64,000 nucleotides of DNA from Rickettsia typhi (lineage in GTDB: Bacteria > Pseudomonadota > Alphaproteobacteria > Rickettsiales > JABSSG01): positions 105 to 64,104 of the forward strand of contig CAMDPW010000003.1 of assembly GCA_945905715.1 (NCBI GenBank), in the 5' to 3' direction. Of the stretch, positions 39,575-50,302 are shown in pieces. Numbering within the stretch: the stretch's first letter is position 1; each line of letters opens with the position of its first letter. The notes under the pieces were generated by a model that was given only the letters and a program-made list of their open reading frames with translations, had not been told where the DNA came from and did no database searches. The position numbers were made by a program, and so were the translations under genes.

Positions 39575-40111
39575 TTATTTTAATTGATTCTTATATAAAA
39601 ATGAAATTTGCGATACTATAAAAACTATTGTCATACACAAAATACCGAATACCTTAAAATTAACCCAGATATTTTCTGCTAGATTTCGCCAAATCAATTC
39701 ATTAAGAATGGCAATGCACAGAAAAAATAGTGCAAAACGTTTAGATAATACAATCCAATCCTTCTCAGACAACGAAATTGAAGCACTCAAAAGAGGTTTC
39801 ATATAACCTTTTTTGACGTACGTACCATAAAATAAAATTAAAGCAAAAATTAAACTAACTACTGTTGGCTTAATTTTTACAAAACGTGAATCTCCACTAA
39901 ATATTGCAAAAGATCCAAGTATTACTACAATGACAGTGGAAATAATAAGTACAGTAGGTAGTTTTTTATGGTGAATATAATGCACAATCACCCCTACTAC
40001 ACTAGTGATCAATAATACCGTAGTAGCTGTGATCATGCCATATAATTTATATGATAAGAAGAAAGCTAGTAGTGGTACAAAATCTGTAAATATCTTAACT
40101 AACGTGTTCAT
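39575..40111 (-). CDS. yciB: inner-membrane septation protein YciB/IspZ
   Basis: FTDFVPLLAFFLSYKLYGMITAT and a 5-TM, 178-aa layout typical of YciB. Confidence 0.8.
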   Translation of the reverse strand: MNTLVKIFTDFVPLLAFFLSYKLYGMITATTVLLITSVVGVIVHYIHHKKLPTVLIISTVIVVILGSFAIFSGDSRFVKIKPTVVSLIFALILFYGTYVKKGYMKPLLSASISLSEKDWIVLSKRFALFFLCIAILNELIWRNLAENIWVNFKVFGILCMTIVFIVSQISFLYKNQLK

Positions 40112-40119
40112 ATGTTTGC

Positions 40120-40959
40120 CTAATCAATTCCGATAATAAAGATATTGTATTTATTTACCAAGCGAATCACTTCTTCAAAGTTAATAATAATGCTTCTTTG
40201 CGCGCTTATTGCAATACCACGCAAATTTGCTCTATAAACATTTTCTATTGTTGTTAAACCAATCACTGGTAGATCAAGCCGTTTATCCTGATTATTTTTT
40301 TTCATCTTAACTAGCACGCCTTTTCTTACTTGCTCTCTTTTTAAACTGGCACTTCTAGAAATTAGACTGTCAGTACCTTCTGCAGCTTCGATGCCAAGCA
40401 CATAACCATTTTCAACAATTACAGCTTGACCGATATCCATGTGCCCGAGCAAGCCTAGTATTGTCTGCCCTATAGAAATATCAATAACATCGTTCTCATC
40501 TGGTTGAGCTGTTCCAAGATTTCCTACTGGCGCAAGCAAGGATGGTATGATTGAATTTGGTGATATAACTTTGAAACCTTGTTCTTCTAAAAATTCTGCA
40601 ATTATGGAAAGAACCGTATTATCACCGTGTATTTTACAAGCCATAATTCTCGCTAATAGCTTAGCACCAATACTATCAACTTTTAAAGAAAAAAAACTAG
40701 GACGCTTGATATGTCCAGCAAAAACAACGGCAGTAACGTGTTCTTTTTTTAATATTGCCAAAACTGGCTTGACCAACCCTGGAAAAATTTGAATATATTT
40801 ATTATTCTGTAAAATTTTATCATCAACATTGCCTGGTAAAGACAGAATAATATGTGGTATTTGTTGCATTTCTAATGCATCAATGATTAATTGTGGCAAC
40901 TTACCACCACCAGCAACAATTGCGATTTTTTTTTCCTTAAGAAAATTACTCACTGTCAT
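40120..40959 (-). CDS. lpxI: UDP-2,3-diacylglucosamine diphosphatase LpxI (DUF1009)
   Basis: KIAIVAGGGKLP...DIGQAVIVENGYVLGIEAAEGTD is LpxI-like, and the gene lies directly after lpxA. ATG 40959 is preferred over GTG 40986. Confidence 0.85.
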   Translation of the reverse strand: MTVSNFLKEKKIAIVAGGGKLPQLIIDALEMQQIPHIILSLPGNVDDKILQNNKYIQIFPGLVKPVLAILKKEHVTAVVFAGHIKRPSFFSLKVDSIGAKLLARIMACKIHGDNTVLSIIAEFLEEQGFKVISPNSIIPSLLAPVGNLGTAQPDENDVIDISIGQTILGLLGHMDIGQAVIVENGYVLGIEAAEGTDSLISRSASLKREQVRKGVLVKMKKNNQDKRLDLPVIGLTTIENVYRANLRGIAISAQRSIIINFEEVIRLVNKYNIFIIGID

Positions 40960-41752
40960 TATTAGTCTTAGGTTTACAAATACCACGCGAGCTTTTATCC
41001 ATCAAAAATTCAACTAATTTTTGAATTGCAGGATTACTAACATACTTATTATGTATTTCTTTTATTAATTCGAAAAAATGCTTAGTATTACTGTAAAATA
41101 ATATATCATATGCATCACGTAAGGCATTGATTTCATTTTTTTCAAATCCCCGCCTTTTCAAACCAATCATGTTAATGCCAACTATACTAGCACGTTCGCC
41201 TTTGACCAAAGCAAATGGCATTACGTCGTGCTCTATACCTGACATACCTCCTATCATGACATGTTCTCCTATTCTTACAAATTGATGAACCGCAGACATG
41301 CCCCCTATAATTGCATTATCATGAATGGTAACATGACCTCCAAGAGTAACGTTATTAGCAAGAATTACATTATTGCCGATAACACAATCATGCGCCACAT
41401 GAGAAGACACCATAAATAAACAATTATTGCCGATGCTTGTTCTTAACCCGCCGCCCGATGTCCCGGGATTGATAGTTACGTGTTCTCGAATAATATTATT
41501 ATTGCCAATAACCAGTGTGGAGTCTTCACCTTGATACTTCAAATCCTGTGGTGCATGGCCTATAGAAGCAAAAGGATAAATAATCGTATTATTGCCGACC
41601 ACGGTATTACCAGTAACAACGACATGAGATTTAAGCGCTACATTATCAGCAAGTACTACATTGCCAGTTAAAGTGCAGTATGGACCTATTTCAACGTTTT
41701 TGCCAAGCTTAACACTTGGTTCTATAATCGCTGTTGGATGAATTAGTATCAT
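40946..41752 (-). CDS. lpxA: acyl-ACP--UDP-GlcNAc O-acyltransferase
   Basis: Left-handed beta-helix hexapeptide repeats, MIHPTAII start, 268 aa, fabZ-lpxA order. Confidence 0.95.
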   Translation of the reverse strand: MILIHPTAIIEPSVKLGKNVEIGPYCTLTGNVVLADNVALKSHVVVTGNTVVGNNTIIYPFASIGHAPQDLKYQGEDSTLVIGNNNIIREHVTINPGTSGGGLRTSIGNNCLFMVSSHVAHDCVIGNNVILANNVTLGGHVTIHDNAIIGGMSAVHQFVRIGEHVMIGGMSGIEHDVMPFALVKGERASIVGINMIGLKRRGFEKNEINALRDAYDILFYSNTKHFFELIKEIHNKYVSNPAIQKLVEFLMDKSSRGICKPKTNNDSE

Positions 41753-42183
41753 TTATCTACTATCATTGCAGAAAAGATCGCTTCAGCGACTATAGAATTA
41801 TTAACCTTTGCTTCAGCTTTAAATTTCCATACGTTAGCCCTATTTCTTTCTTTAGTTACATGTAAAAATAATTGGTCACCTGGGCTAACAACTTTACGAA
41901 ATTTTGCTTCTTCAATTGATATAAAATAAACCAATTTATTATCTGTTTGACCATTTAGCGTTTCACACACAAGCACAGCTGAAGTTTGTGCCATAGCTTC
42001 TATAATTAATACGCCGGGCATTACAGGTTTATTTGGAAAATGCCCAGCAAAATGTGGCTCGTTTATAGTAACGTTTTTTATTCCTACAGCTGATTTATCT
42101 AATACCACATCCACTACCTTATCAATTAATAAAAATGGATAACGATGCGGTATTTTAGCCATTATTTGTTCAATATTAATCAT
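41749..42183 (-). CDS. fabZ: 3-hydroxyacyl-ACP dehydratase
   Basis: LPHRYPFLLIDKV and HFPNKPVMPGVLIIEAMAQ. Confidence 0.96.
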   Translation of the reverse strand: MINIEQIMAKIPHRYPFLLIDKVVDVVLDKSAVGIKNVTINEPHFAGHFPNKPVMPGVLIIEAMAQTSAVLVCETLNGQTDNKLVYFISIEEAKFRKVVSPGDQLFLHVTKERNRANVWKFKAEAKVNNSIVAEAIFSAMIVDK

Positions 42184-43214
42184 TTATGATCCTTGATAAG
42201 TGTTTTTAAGAGTACAGTCTGTCTATGCCACTGTCTAATAGGTAGCGCAGGATAACCACCTACTGTTTGCTTGTCTTCTATGTCTTTGATAACCCCAGAC
42301 TGAGCAGCAATTTGTACGCCATTGCCAATAGCTAAATGTCCAGCCAGCCCAGCTTGACCGCCAACAATTGTAAATTCTCCTAATGTGGTGCTACCAGATA
42401 TCCCTACTTGTGAAACTATAATACAGCCCTTACATAATTTAACATTATGCCCAATCTGTACTAGATTATCAATCTTACACATGTCTTCTATTATTGTATT
42501 GCCAATTGCGCCACGATCAATAGTGCAATTTGCTCCAATTTCTACATGATTACCAATAATCACTCCGCCTATTTGTGGCACTTTAATATGCTGATAATTT
42601 TCAAATGCATAACCAAAGCCATCTTGACCAATCTTAGCCCCTGGATGAATCAATACATGTTCCCCAATAATAGAGTTACTAATAGTAACTGAATGATGAA
42701 TTATACATTTATTTCCTATTGTAACTTGATCGTCTATATACACACCTGGATAAATCTTAGTATTGTTACCTATTTTTACATTTGCTCCTATCGTAACATT
42801 ATGTCCAATCTCACAGTTTTTGCCTATAGTAGCCGTAGGATTGATAAAAGCATCATTGGAAATACCTGGTTGAAAAGATTTTGACAGATAAAACAACGAG
42901 GTGATCCTTGCATAATCAGCATAAGGATTGTTACTCACCAAAACAAAAAGGTTTTCTGGGGCTTGACTTAAAAATCTTTCCGAGGTAATGCAAGCAAGAG
43001 CTTTGGTCTTGTGATATTGCCCTAGATATTTTGAATTTGAAAAAAAGGTAAGATCTTGGCTGGTAGATTCTTTTAGAGAGTTAATATCATGTACCATAAT
43101 TAAAGGCGCAATGTTATCTAATTTTAAGCAATTTTGATATATAGCCGCTTTAATAGAACCTGCCAAATCAGCTAAAGAAAATGGGCCTTTATTAGTCAAG
43201 AAGTTCTTATGCAT
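42180..43214 (-). CDS. lpxD: UDP-3-O-acylglucosamine N-acyltransferase
   Basis: 344 aa with hexapeptide repeats and the usual position between skp and fabZ. Confidence 0.94.
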   Translation of the reverse strand: MHKNFLTNKGPFSLADLAGSIKAAIYQNCLKLDNIAPLIMVHDINSLKESTSQDLTFFSNSKYLGQYHKTKALACITSERFLSQAPENLFVLVSNNPYADYARITSLFYLSKSFQPGISNDAFINPTATIGKNCEIGHNVTIGANVKIGNNTKIYPGVYIDDQVTIGNKCIIHHSVTISNSIIGEHVLIHPGAKIGQDGFGYAFENYQHIKVPQIGGVIIGNHVEIGANCTIDRGAIGNTIIEDMCKIDNLVQIGHNVKLCKGCIIVSQVGISGSTTLGEFTIVGGQAGLAGHLAIGNGVQIAAQSGVIKDIEDKQTVGGYPALPIRQWHRQTVLLKTLIKDHK

Positions 43215-43226
43215 ATTCTCTATATA

Positions 43227-43757
43227 TTATTCAAATTTTACGTTTATATGATATAGATTTTTATTTAATAACTGTAAAATTACATTAGTAATTTCAACAT
43301 TATCGGAATTATATAAAATTTGAGATTTTGGTAAAAGTAATTGTAGATTTTTTTCTTTTGCAACATTTGACATGATGTTAAGTAATTCAGTTTTAATATA
43401 CTCCATTGCTTTTGAAAACGCATTATCTAAGCTGATCCTTTTTTTCTGGGCCATTTTTTGTGCTTCGATTTCATATTGACCTAATTCTTTTTTGAGTTTA
43501 GCAATTTGGTCGTTATCTAAGTTATTAGGATTTAAACTAACTTCTTTATCAAGAGTCACAATCTTAGTTTCATGACTTTTTAGTTCTTCTTGATATTTCA
43601 AATTCTGATTATTCAATGTTATTTGTAAGTCTTTATACACCAAAGAATTACTTATAACTTCGTCAATATCGACAATAGCAATATTGATATCCTTAGCAAA
43701 AGTGACAATCGGCCGAAGAAAGAAAATTACGACTATAAAGAAAAAAACTTTCTTCAT
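43227..43757 (-). CDS. skp: periplasmic chaperone Skp (OmpH family)
   Basis: Signal peptide plus a coiled-coil OmpH-like body, downstream of bamA. Confidence 0.85.
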   Translation of the reverse strand: MKKVFFFIVVIFFLRPIVTFAKDINIAIVDIDEVISNSLVYKDLQITLNNQNLKYQEELKSHETKIVTLDKEVSLNPNNLDNDQIAKLKKELGQYEIEAQKMAQKKRISLDNAFSKAMEYIKTELLNIMSNVAKEKNLQLLLPKSQILYNSDNVEITNVILQLLNKNLYHINVKFE

Positions 43758-43766
43758 GCGCTAACC

Positions 43767-46223
43767 TTAAAAATTAGTTGAGAAAGAAAAATGTACTAAT
43801 TGCGTTTGGTCATAACTTTGTTTCTTAATTGCTTTAGCAAAATCAATCCTTAATGGTCCCATTTTTGTAATCCATAAAAAACCTACACCGCCGGTCACTC
43901 TTAAAGATTTAGAATCGTAATATTGATCCTTTGAATAAGTAGAGTTTTTTGGCCTGTCAACATTCCATACACTACCTACATCACTAAATACTGCACCAGA
44001 AACATCAAATTCTTCAGGTAAACCAAGCGGAAATGTGATCTCAGCTGTGCCTTTGTAAAATAAGGTACCACCCAAAGCATCGCGTGTTTTTTTATCACGT
44101 GGACCAATACCACCGTATTCAAATCCTCTAAAGCCTGAATCTCCAAGATAAAAATTTTCATTAATTCTCACTGCTCTACCAAAGCTATTAATTGATCCAG
44201 TAGAACCGGCTACTTTTACAATAACTTTATCCTTAATAACTGGTTGATAGTAACTTGCAGCAAAAACATGTTTTATATATTTTGAATCGCCTCCTAGTCC
44301 AGCTAAGTTTTGATTGAGTTTCAAAATATAACCTTTTCTAGGAATGATTTGATTATCAGTTCTATCGTATATCAAACCTTGATTTAATATAGATGCATAA
44401 TTTTCTCCGACTTGTTCTTGTATGTATGGAGGAGCATTACTTTGTACTCCTGATATTTTGTCTCGTTCTAAGGTGTACCCAAACTCATGAGATAGATAAT
44501 CGGCAATGTTGTAACCAAAATTAACTGTTCCTCCAACCGAAGCAGTATCGTATGCAAGAGTATTAGTATGAGCTCCCCAGTTTGACTTTTTGTTGTTCAC
44601 CTTATTAGCAAATAAACTAAAACCAGCGCTTAGATTCTGATCCATAAAGTATGGTTCGACAAAACCCACATTTGCTCCAAGTGTAGTAGCTGACTTGGTA
44701 ATACCAGCCGAAACTTCTTGTCCTGTACCAGCAAAATTCTTCTCGGTTAATCCGATCATGCCAAATACACCATCGGTAGTAGAGTAACCTACTGAGAATT
44801 TTAATGAGGCAGTGGATTTTTCAGTAACATCTACGTCTATATTTATAACGTCTGGCCGATTTGTACGCTCAGTCTTGACAGAAACTTTTTCAAAAAAATT
44901 AAGATTATTAATTTGCTGCTCTGAACGATTAATTAAAAACTCATTATACGGATCACCTTCTGCTATTTTAAATTCTCTTCTTATAACTTCATCATAAGTT
45001 TTTAAGTTGCCTTTAATATTAATTTTACCAATATACACTTGCCTTGCCTGGCCAACAACATAGTTAATAGCAATGGTTTTGTTAACATCATCAACACTGT
45101 AAACTGGATCAATACTTACAAAAGGATAGCCATGATTAGAAAGTATTTTGATCATTGCTTCTGTAGTGCTCTCAATTAAGCTTGAGTCAAATATCTCGTT
45201 TTGTTTGGTTTGTATAGCTTTTCTCAATGAATCAATGTCTACTTGTGGAATTTTGCTCTCTACATCCATACTACCAAATTTATATTTCTCACCTTCTTCA
45301 ACAGAGAAAGTTAAATAAAAAGTATTGCGTACAGGCACAATATCAGCTGTAGATGATATAATCTTGAAATGAGCATATCCTTGTGAGTTATAAAACCTGG
45401 TTAAAAGAAGTTTGTCATATTCAACTAAATCAGAGTCATAATGATCTGTTTTAGCAAAGAAACTATAAAATTTATACTCTTTGGACATCATTACAGACTG
45501 TAATTTAGAATTAGAAAAATGCTTATTTCCTATAAAAAGAATTTTACTTATCTTGGCCTTTTTACCTTCTTTAATCTCAAATATTAAATTAACCCTGTTT
45601 TGATCCATTTCTATAATTTGTGGTTTGACCACAACATTAAATCTTCCTGTTTTACTATAAATCTCTACAATACGGTTCGTATCGCTCTGAATTTTTGTCT
45701 TTGATAAGACCATTCTTGGTTTTAATGAAATTTCTGATAACAATGTATCAGACTTAATTGCATCATTGCCTTCAAACACAATTTTGCTGATGACTGGATT
45801 TTCGATAACTTGAATTATAATATTTGAATTCTTATAAAGAATATTTACTTGAGAAAATAGACCAGTAGCGTATAATGAACGCAGAGATTCTTCCGATCTA
45901 GCTTGAGTATAATGACCACCAGCATGCAAAGATATATATGACAAAATTGTTGAATCTTCGGTTCGATCATTGCCAGCAATAGTTATTTTGTTTATTTTAA
46001 AAGAAGCAACAGCATTCTCATGAGTTACCTGTTCAACTGGTTCTATAATAGAAATATTGTCTTGAGCGATCTCTGAAGATTGTTGTATTGTTTGCGCAGG
46101 AGCTACGCCTGAAAGTCTTGTTTCTTGTGGTAAAGATTGTACAACTTGCTGCAATTCTTCAGCTAATCCCAAAATAGAAAAAAACATAAATATAATTACT
46201 AGTATCGCTGATTTTAATTTCAT
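43767..46223 (-). CDS. bamA: outer membrane protein assembly factor BamA
   Basis: 818 aa. It has a signal peptide, five POTRA-sized repeats and a C-terminal Omp85 barrel ending ...HFSFSTNF. Confidence 0.96.
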   Translation of the reverse strand: MKLKSAILVIIFMFFSILGLAEELQQVVQSLPQETRLSGVAPAQTIQQSSEIAQDNISIIEPVEQVTHENAVASFKINKITIAGNDRTEDSTILSYISLHAGGHYTQARSEESLRSLYATGLFSQVNILYKNSNIIIQVIENPVISKIVFEGNDAIKSDTLLSEISLKPRMVLSKTKIQSDTNRIVEIYSKTGRFNVVVKPQIIEMDQNRVNLIFEIKEGKKAKISKILFIGNKHFSNSKLQSVMMSKEYKFYSFFAKTDHYDSDLVEYDKLLLTRFYNSQGYAHFKIISSTADIVPVRNTFYLTFSVEEGEKYKFGSMDVESKIPQVDIDSLRKAIQTKQNEIFDSSLIESTTEAMIKILSNHGYPFVSIDPVYSVDDVNKTIAINYVVGQARQVYIGKINIKGNLKTYDEVIRREFKIAEGDPYNEFLINRSEQQINNLNFFEKVSVKTERTNRPDVINIDVDVTEKSTASLKFSVGYSTTDGVFGMIGLTEKNFAGTGQEVSAGITKSATTLGANVGFVEPYFMDQNLSAGFSLFANKVNNKKSNWGAHTNTLAYDTASVGGTVNFGYNIADYLSHEFGYTLERDKISGVQSNAPPYIQEQVGENYASILNQGLIYDRTDNQIIPRKGYILKLNQNLAGLGGDSKYIKHVFAASYYQPVIKDKVIVKVAGSTGSINSFGRAVRINENFYLGDSGFRGFEYGGIGPRDKKTRDALGGTLFYKGTAEITFPLGLPEEFDVSGAVFSDVGSVWNVDRPKNSTYSKDQYYDSKSLRVTGGVGFLWITKMGPLRIDFAKAIKKQSYDQTQLVHFSFSTNF

Positions 46224-46234
46224 AATTCCTTACA

Positions 46235-47350
46235 TTAAAATAATTTCATATTGATCAAGTCATTTGCAATTGCAAGTATAGATAAGCCAACTATCATAAC
46301 AAAACCTATTGCTGAAGCAAATTTATGTATATGAAGCAACATTTTTTTACCAACAATTATTTCTATTGCATAAAAAAGTAAATGTCCACCGTCTAACATT
46401 GGGATTGGCAGTAAATTTATTAAACCAAGATTAATTGAAAGCAAAGCTACTAACCATAATGTAAATTCAATACCTCGTTTTGTTGATTCTCCAGCAAGCT
46501 TAGCTATACCTATTGGTCCTTCTATTTCTTTATAAGATCTATGACCTGTAAACATCTGTCCTATAGCTTTTAAAGTTAAATCACAGATATTAATAGTCTC
46601 TCTGAGTGCGCGTGAAGTTGACTCTATTAAACTGAGCTTTTTATGTTCAGGAATAGCACTTTGAATCCCTATTCTACCAATTATAATCTCGTTGTTAGTC
46701 ATGCTTTGTGTGGTAACTGGTTGCGGTGTAATTGCAGCAGTAATTTTCTGGTTATTTCTTTCAATTAAGAAACTTAATTGTACGTTAGGATTCATACTAA
46801 CAATACGATCAATCTGGAAAAAATCCTCTACTTTCGAATTATTAATTGCCAAGATTTTATCTCCAGATAATAATCCTGCCATTTGTGCTGGACTATTGAT
46901 CTGAATTTTATTAATGACAGTTGGCAAATAATTAATGCCGCCTATATATAACATAGCAGTAAGTATGATGATGCTAAAAATAAAGTTGGCAATCGGACCA
47001 GCAACAACTATTGCGGCTTTTATTGGTAGTGATTTATTGCAAAACATTCGCGCTTGATCTTGAGGTAAAATTTTGTCAGTTTTAGTTATTGAACTTGACT
47101 TATCTAAATCACCCAGAAATTTTACATACCCCCCCATGGGTATTGCACAAATTCTCCATATAGTGCCATTTTTATCTTTTCTAGAAAATATAGTCCTGCC
47201 GAAACCAATTGAAAAATCTGTTGCCTGTACCCCGGAAATTCTTGCTATAAAATAATGACCGAACTCATGGACAAATACAATCACCGAAAGAACTAAAACA
47301 AATGAAATGAAATAGTGTAAAGTGCTAATGACCAAAGCTATCATAACCAA
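46235..47350 (-). CDS. rseP: RIP zinc metalloprotease RseP
   Basis: HEFGHY (HExxH), a PDZ domain (SPAQMAGLLSGDKILAINN) and NLLPIPMLDGGH. Confidence 0.94.
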   Translation of the reverse strand: MVMIALVISTLHYFISFVLVLSVIVFVHEFGHYFIARISGVQATDFSIGFGRTIFSRKDKNGTIWRICAIPMGGYVKFLGDLDKSSSITKTDKILPQDQARMFCNKSLPIKAAIVVAGPIANFIFSIIILTAMLYIGGINYLPTVINKIQINSPAQMAGLLSGDKILAINNSKVEDFFQIDRIVSMNPNVQLSFLIERNNQKITAAITPQPVTTQSMTNNEIIIGRIGIQSAIPEHKKLSLIESTSRALRETINICDLTLKAIGQMFTGHRSYKEIEGPIGIAKLAGESTKRGIEFTLWLVALLSINLGLINLLPIPMLDGGHLLFYAIEIIVGKKMLLHIHKFASAIGFVMIVGLSILAIANDLINMKLF

Positions 47351-47409
47351 ATTTTTTAAAATGTTATATGCGCAGATTATAATGATTTTTCTTATCAGTC
47401 AAAGTAATA

Positions 47410-48570
47410 TTACAAGACATTAATCAATTCTTGGGTTTTAATACGGCATTCCTGGTCATAACTAATCACTTGCTCAATACTTGAGATATTAAAGCTTTTA
47501 ACATGTGTGAGCATTTTTTCGATAATTGTTACAATATCAATAAACATAATCTTGTTTTTTAGAAAATTGTCTATCGCGACTTCATTGCTAGCATTTAACA
47601 TAATGGTATGAGCATTACCAGCTTTAAGTGCTTGCCGACAAATATTGAGCGCAGGAAATAATTGGTGATTAGGCAACTCAAATTCCAAAGGTCCAACTTG
47701 AACCAAATCAAGATATGGAGCAATAGCTGTTTTGCTACGTTGAGGCCAAAACAAAGCATAAGAGATTGGTATGCGCATATCAGCATTGCCAAGCTGCGCT
47801 AAACTAGACCCATCCTTATAAGTCAATAAGCTATGAATGATTGACTGAGGATGAATCAAAACTTCAATTTTATCTGCTAGTATATTAAATAAATAATGAG
47901 CTTCTATGATTTCTAGTCCTTTGTTTACCATAGTTGCGCAATCTGTTGAGATTTTTGGCCCCATGTTCCACTTAGGATGATTGATTGCTTGCGTTACTGT
48001 TACATTGTTCAATTGCGCTTTAGTGAAAGTGCGGAATGGCCCTCCAGATGCGGTTAAAGTAATTTTTTCAATTGAATCTTGGTGATGTGGTCTTAGTACC
48101 TGAAAAATAGCGCTATGCTCTGAGTCTGTAGGAATTAGTTTCACTTTATACATTCTTGCTGCATCAATCATAATATCACCAGCGCAGACCAAGCTTTCTT
48201 TATTTGCTAAAGCAATATTTGCCCCATTAATTATTGAATTATATGTCGTAACAAGACCTGCTGAGCCAACAATACCAGCAACAACCAAATCATTACCTAG
48301 ATTGCAAGCCTCTAGCATTCCACTCATCCCAGAAGCTACTGTGATATTTGTATCATACAATAATGCTTTAAGTTGATTGTAACATGATTCATTATAAATT
48401 ACTACCATTTTAGCATTTGTAGCCTTAGCCTGATAAGCAAGTAATTCGTAATTATTATTAGCAGTAAGTGCTAATACTTGAAAAGTTCCGGAAGGAGATT
48501 TTAAAATAATATCGATTGTATTAGTACCAATAGAACCGGTCGAACCAAAAATTGAGATTTTTTTTATCAC
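47410..48570 (-). CDS. dxr: 1-deoxy-D-xylulose 5-phosphate reductoisomerase
   Basis: GSTGSIGTNT (NADPH site), LANKESLV, PTDSEHSAIFQ and HPKWNMG. Confidence 0.96.
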   Translation of the reverse strand: MIKKISIFGSTGSIGTNTIDIILKSPSGTFQVLALTANNNYELLAYQAKATNAKMVVIYNESCYNQLKALLYDTNITVASGMSGMLEACNLGNDLVVAGIVGSAGLVTTYNSIINGANIALANKESLVCAGDIMIDAARMYKVKLIPTDSEHSAIFQVLRPHHQDSIEKITLTASGGPFRTFTKAQLNNVTVTQAINHPKWNMGPKISTDCATMVNKGLEIIEAHYLFNILADKIEVLIHPQSIIHSLLTYKDGSSLAQLGNADMRIPISYALFWPQRSKTAIAPYLDLVQVGPLEFELPNHQLFPALNICRQALKAGNAHTIMLNASNEVAIDNFLKNKIMFIDIVTIIEKMLTHVKSFNISSIEQVISYDQECRIKTQELINVL

Positions 48571-49260
48571 TTAAAATAATTGCCAATAATCGAAAGAAAG
48601 AATGATTGCTACTTTAGGTGCGGTAAGAATGATACCGTCTACTCTATCTAGGATTCCGCCGTGTCCTGGTATGATATTGCCACTATCTTTAATCTCAAAT
48701 ATTCTTTTTATCCACGACTCGATCAAGTCTCCAATTTGCGCATATATGGCTAAAGTCATAGTTATAAACATTAATATTTTTGGATGATGACTGCCAATAT
48801 ACAAGCCAGCAGCATACCCAAACATCGCAGCTGAAAAACAACCACCAATTAAACCTGACCATGTTTTATTGGGGCTAATTTTAGGTAATAATTTTGGCCC
48901 ACCAATACTTCTACCTACGAAATACGCCATAATATCCGTGATCCACACAGTCATAATTAACCAACCGACTATTCTGCTACCATGGTTTTGCGTCATGATC
49001 CAAATCAAAGATGTACAAGGAATAGCGGTGTAAATTACAGCTATTACTCTCCATATAAAATTGTGTTTTATTATTTTAGAAGAATTGAACATATGATTCC
49101 ATTCAAATGCCATTAATACAGCAACTATACATACCATCATGTAAAATAGAAATCCGCCAATATAAATAATAAATAATACTACCGGCGCTAGTAAAACGGC
49201 AGAAACAGTTCTCAGAAAAAAATTATAATTAAAAAACTTGTTACTATTATTATTGCCCAT
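48571..49260 (-). CDS. cdsA: phosphatidate cytidylyltransferase
   Basis: KISPNKTWSG and PGHGGILDRVD signature. Confidence 0.93.
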   Translation of the reverse strand: MGNNNSNKFFNYNFFLRTVSAVLLAPVVLFIIYIGGFLFYMMVCIVAVLMAFEWNHMFNSSKIIKHNFIWRVIAVIYTAIPCTSLIWIMTQNHGSRIVGWLIMTVWITDIMAYFVGRSIGGPKLLPKISPNKTWSGLIGGCFSAAMFGYAAGLYIGSHHPKILMFITMTLAIYAQIGDLIESWIKRIFEIKDSGNIIPGHGGILDRVDGIILTAPKVAIILSFDYWQLF

Positions 49261-49957
49261 AACGTCTTTCTCTTTTATTAAATTCTTTTATCGCAGAGAA
49301 GAGATCTTTCTTAGTAAAATCTGGCCATAAAATTGGTATAAAATAGAATTCAGTATATGCCATTTGCCATATTAGAAAATTACTCATTCTAAGCTCGCCA
49401 CTTGTTCTGATTAATAAATCTGGATCTGGGACATCCTTGGTATATAAGTAACTTGCAAACAGTTGAGAATCAAGATTTTCTATAGCTATTATCCCATCTT
49501 TATAATCCTGTGCCAAATTTTTAGCAGCTTCCACAATTTCTTCTCTACTACCATAGCTCAATGCTATAATCAAACACATACCTCGATTATCTTGGGTTAA
49601 TTCCATTAAATGTATAATATATTGTTGCAGATCTTCATCTAATTTTCTAAGATTACCTATCACTTTAACTCTAACATTATTAGAGTGCAGTGAGTTTGCC
49701 TCATTTTTTAAATAATAGCGCAAAAGAGTCATTAAGTTATGCACTTCCTCGTGAGGTCTGTGCCAGTTTTCAGAAGAAAAAGCATATAAAGTTAAGTATT
49801 TTACTCCTAACTTGCCACAAGTTGTAACAATATCACGCGCAACATCTATGCCAATTTTATGCCCTGCTATTTTTGACAAATTCCTTGTTCTGGCCCACCT
49901 TCCATTACCATCCATCACGATTGCAATATGATTAGGAATTATTAGATTCTCATTCAT
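49250..49957 (-). CDS. uppS: di-trans,poly-cis-undecaprenyl-diphosphate synthase
   Basis: HIAIVMDGNGRWA, YAFSSENW and IRTSGELRMSNFLIWQ. Confidence 0.96.
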   Translation of the reverse strand: MNENLIIPNHIAIVMDGNGRWARTRNLSKIAGHKIGIDVARDIVTTCGKLGVKYLTLYAFSSENWHRPHEEVHNLMTLLRYYLKNEANSLHSNNVRVKVIGNLRKLDEDLQQYIIHLMELTQDNRGMCLIIALSYGSREEIVEAAKNLAQDYKDGIIAIENLDSQLFASYLYTKDVPDPDLLIRTSGELRMSNFLIWQMAYTEFYFIPILWPDFTKKDLFSAIKEFNKRERRYGQ

Positions 49958-50302
49958 CTAGTTAAATATTGATTATTAATACGATGCACTAATACTTGAG
50001 ATTATGCATATAATAAATTTTTTGCAAGCTTGGTTATAGCTATTGATAGTAAAATTATATATCATTTTTTTATTTTCAATGAGAACCATTTATACTGTTT
50101 GCATAGCATTATGATATTTTTCTTAACTTCGTCGCACCGCGATTAGCAAAAATTCCAATGATAACAGTCTTTTTTTATTAGAATGGCTTTTTATTATCGC
50201 CTTTAATAAAAACAGTATATAACCATACACATTATCATTAACACATAGTCAGTGTAACTGAGACACTATAGTGTAACGAACTTAGTTTGAATATATTGTA
50301 GC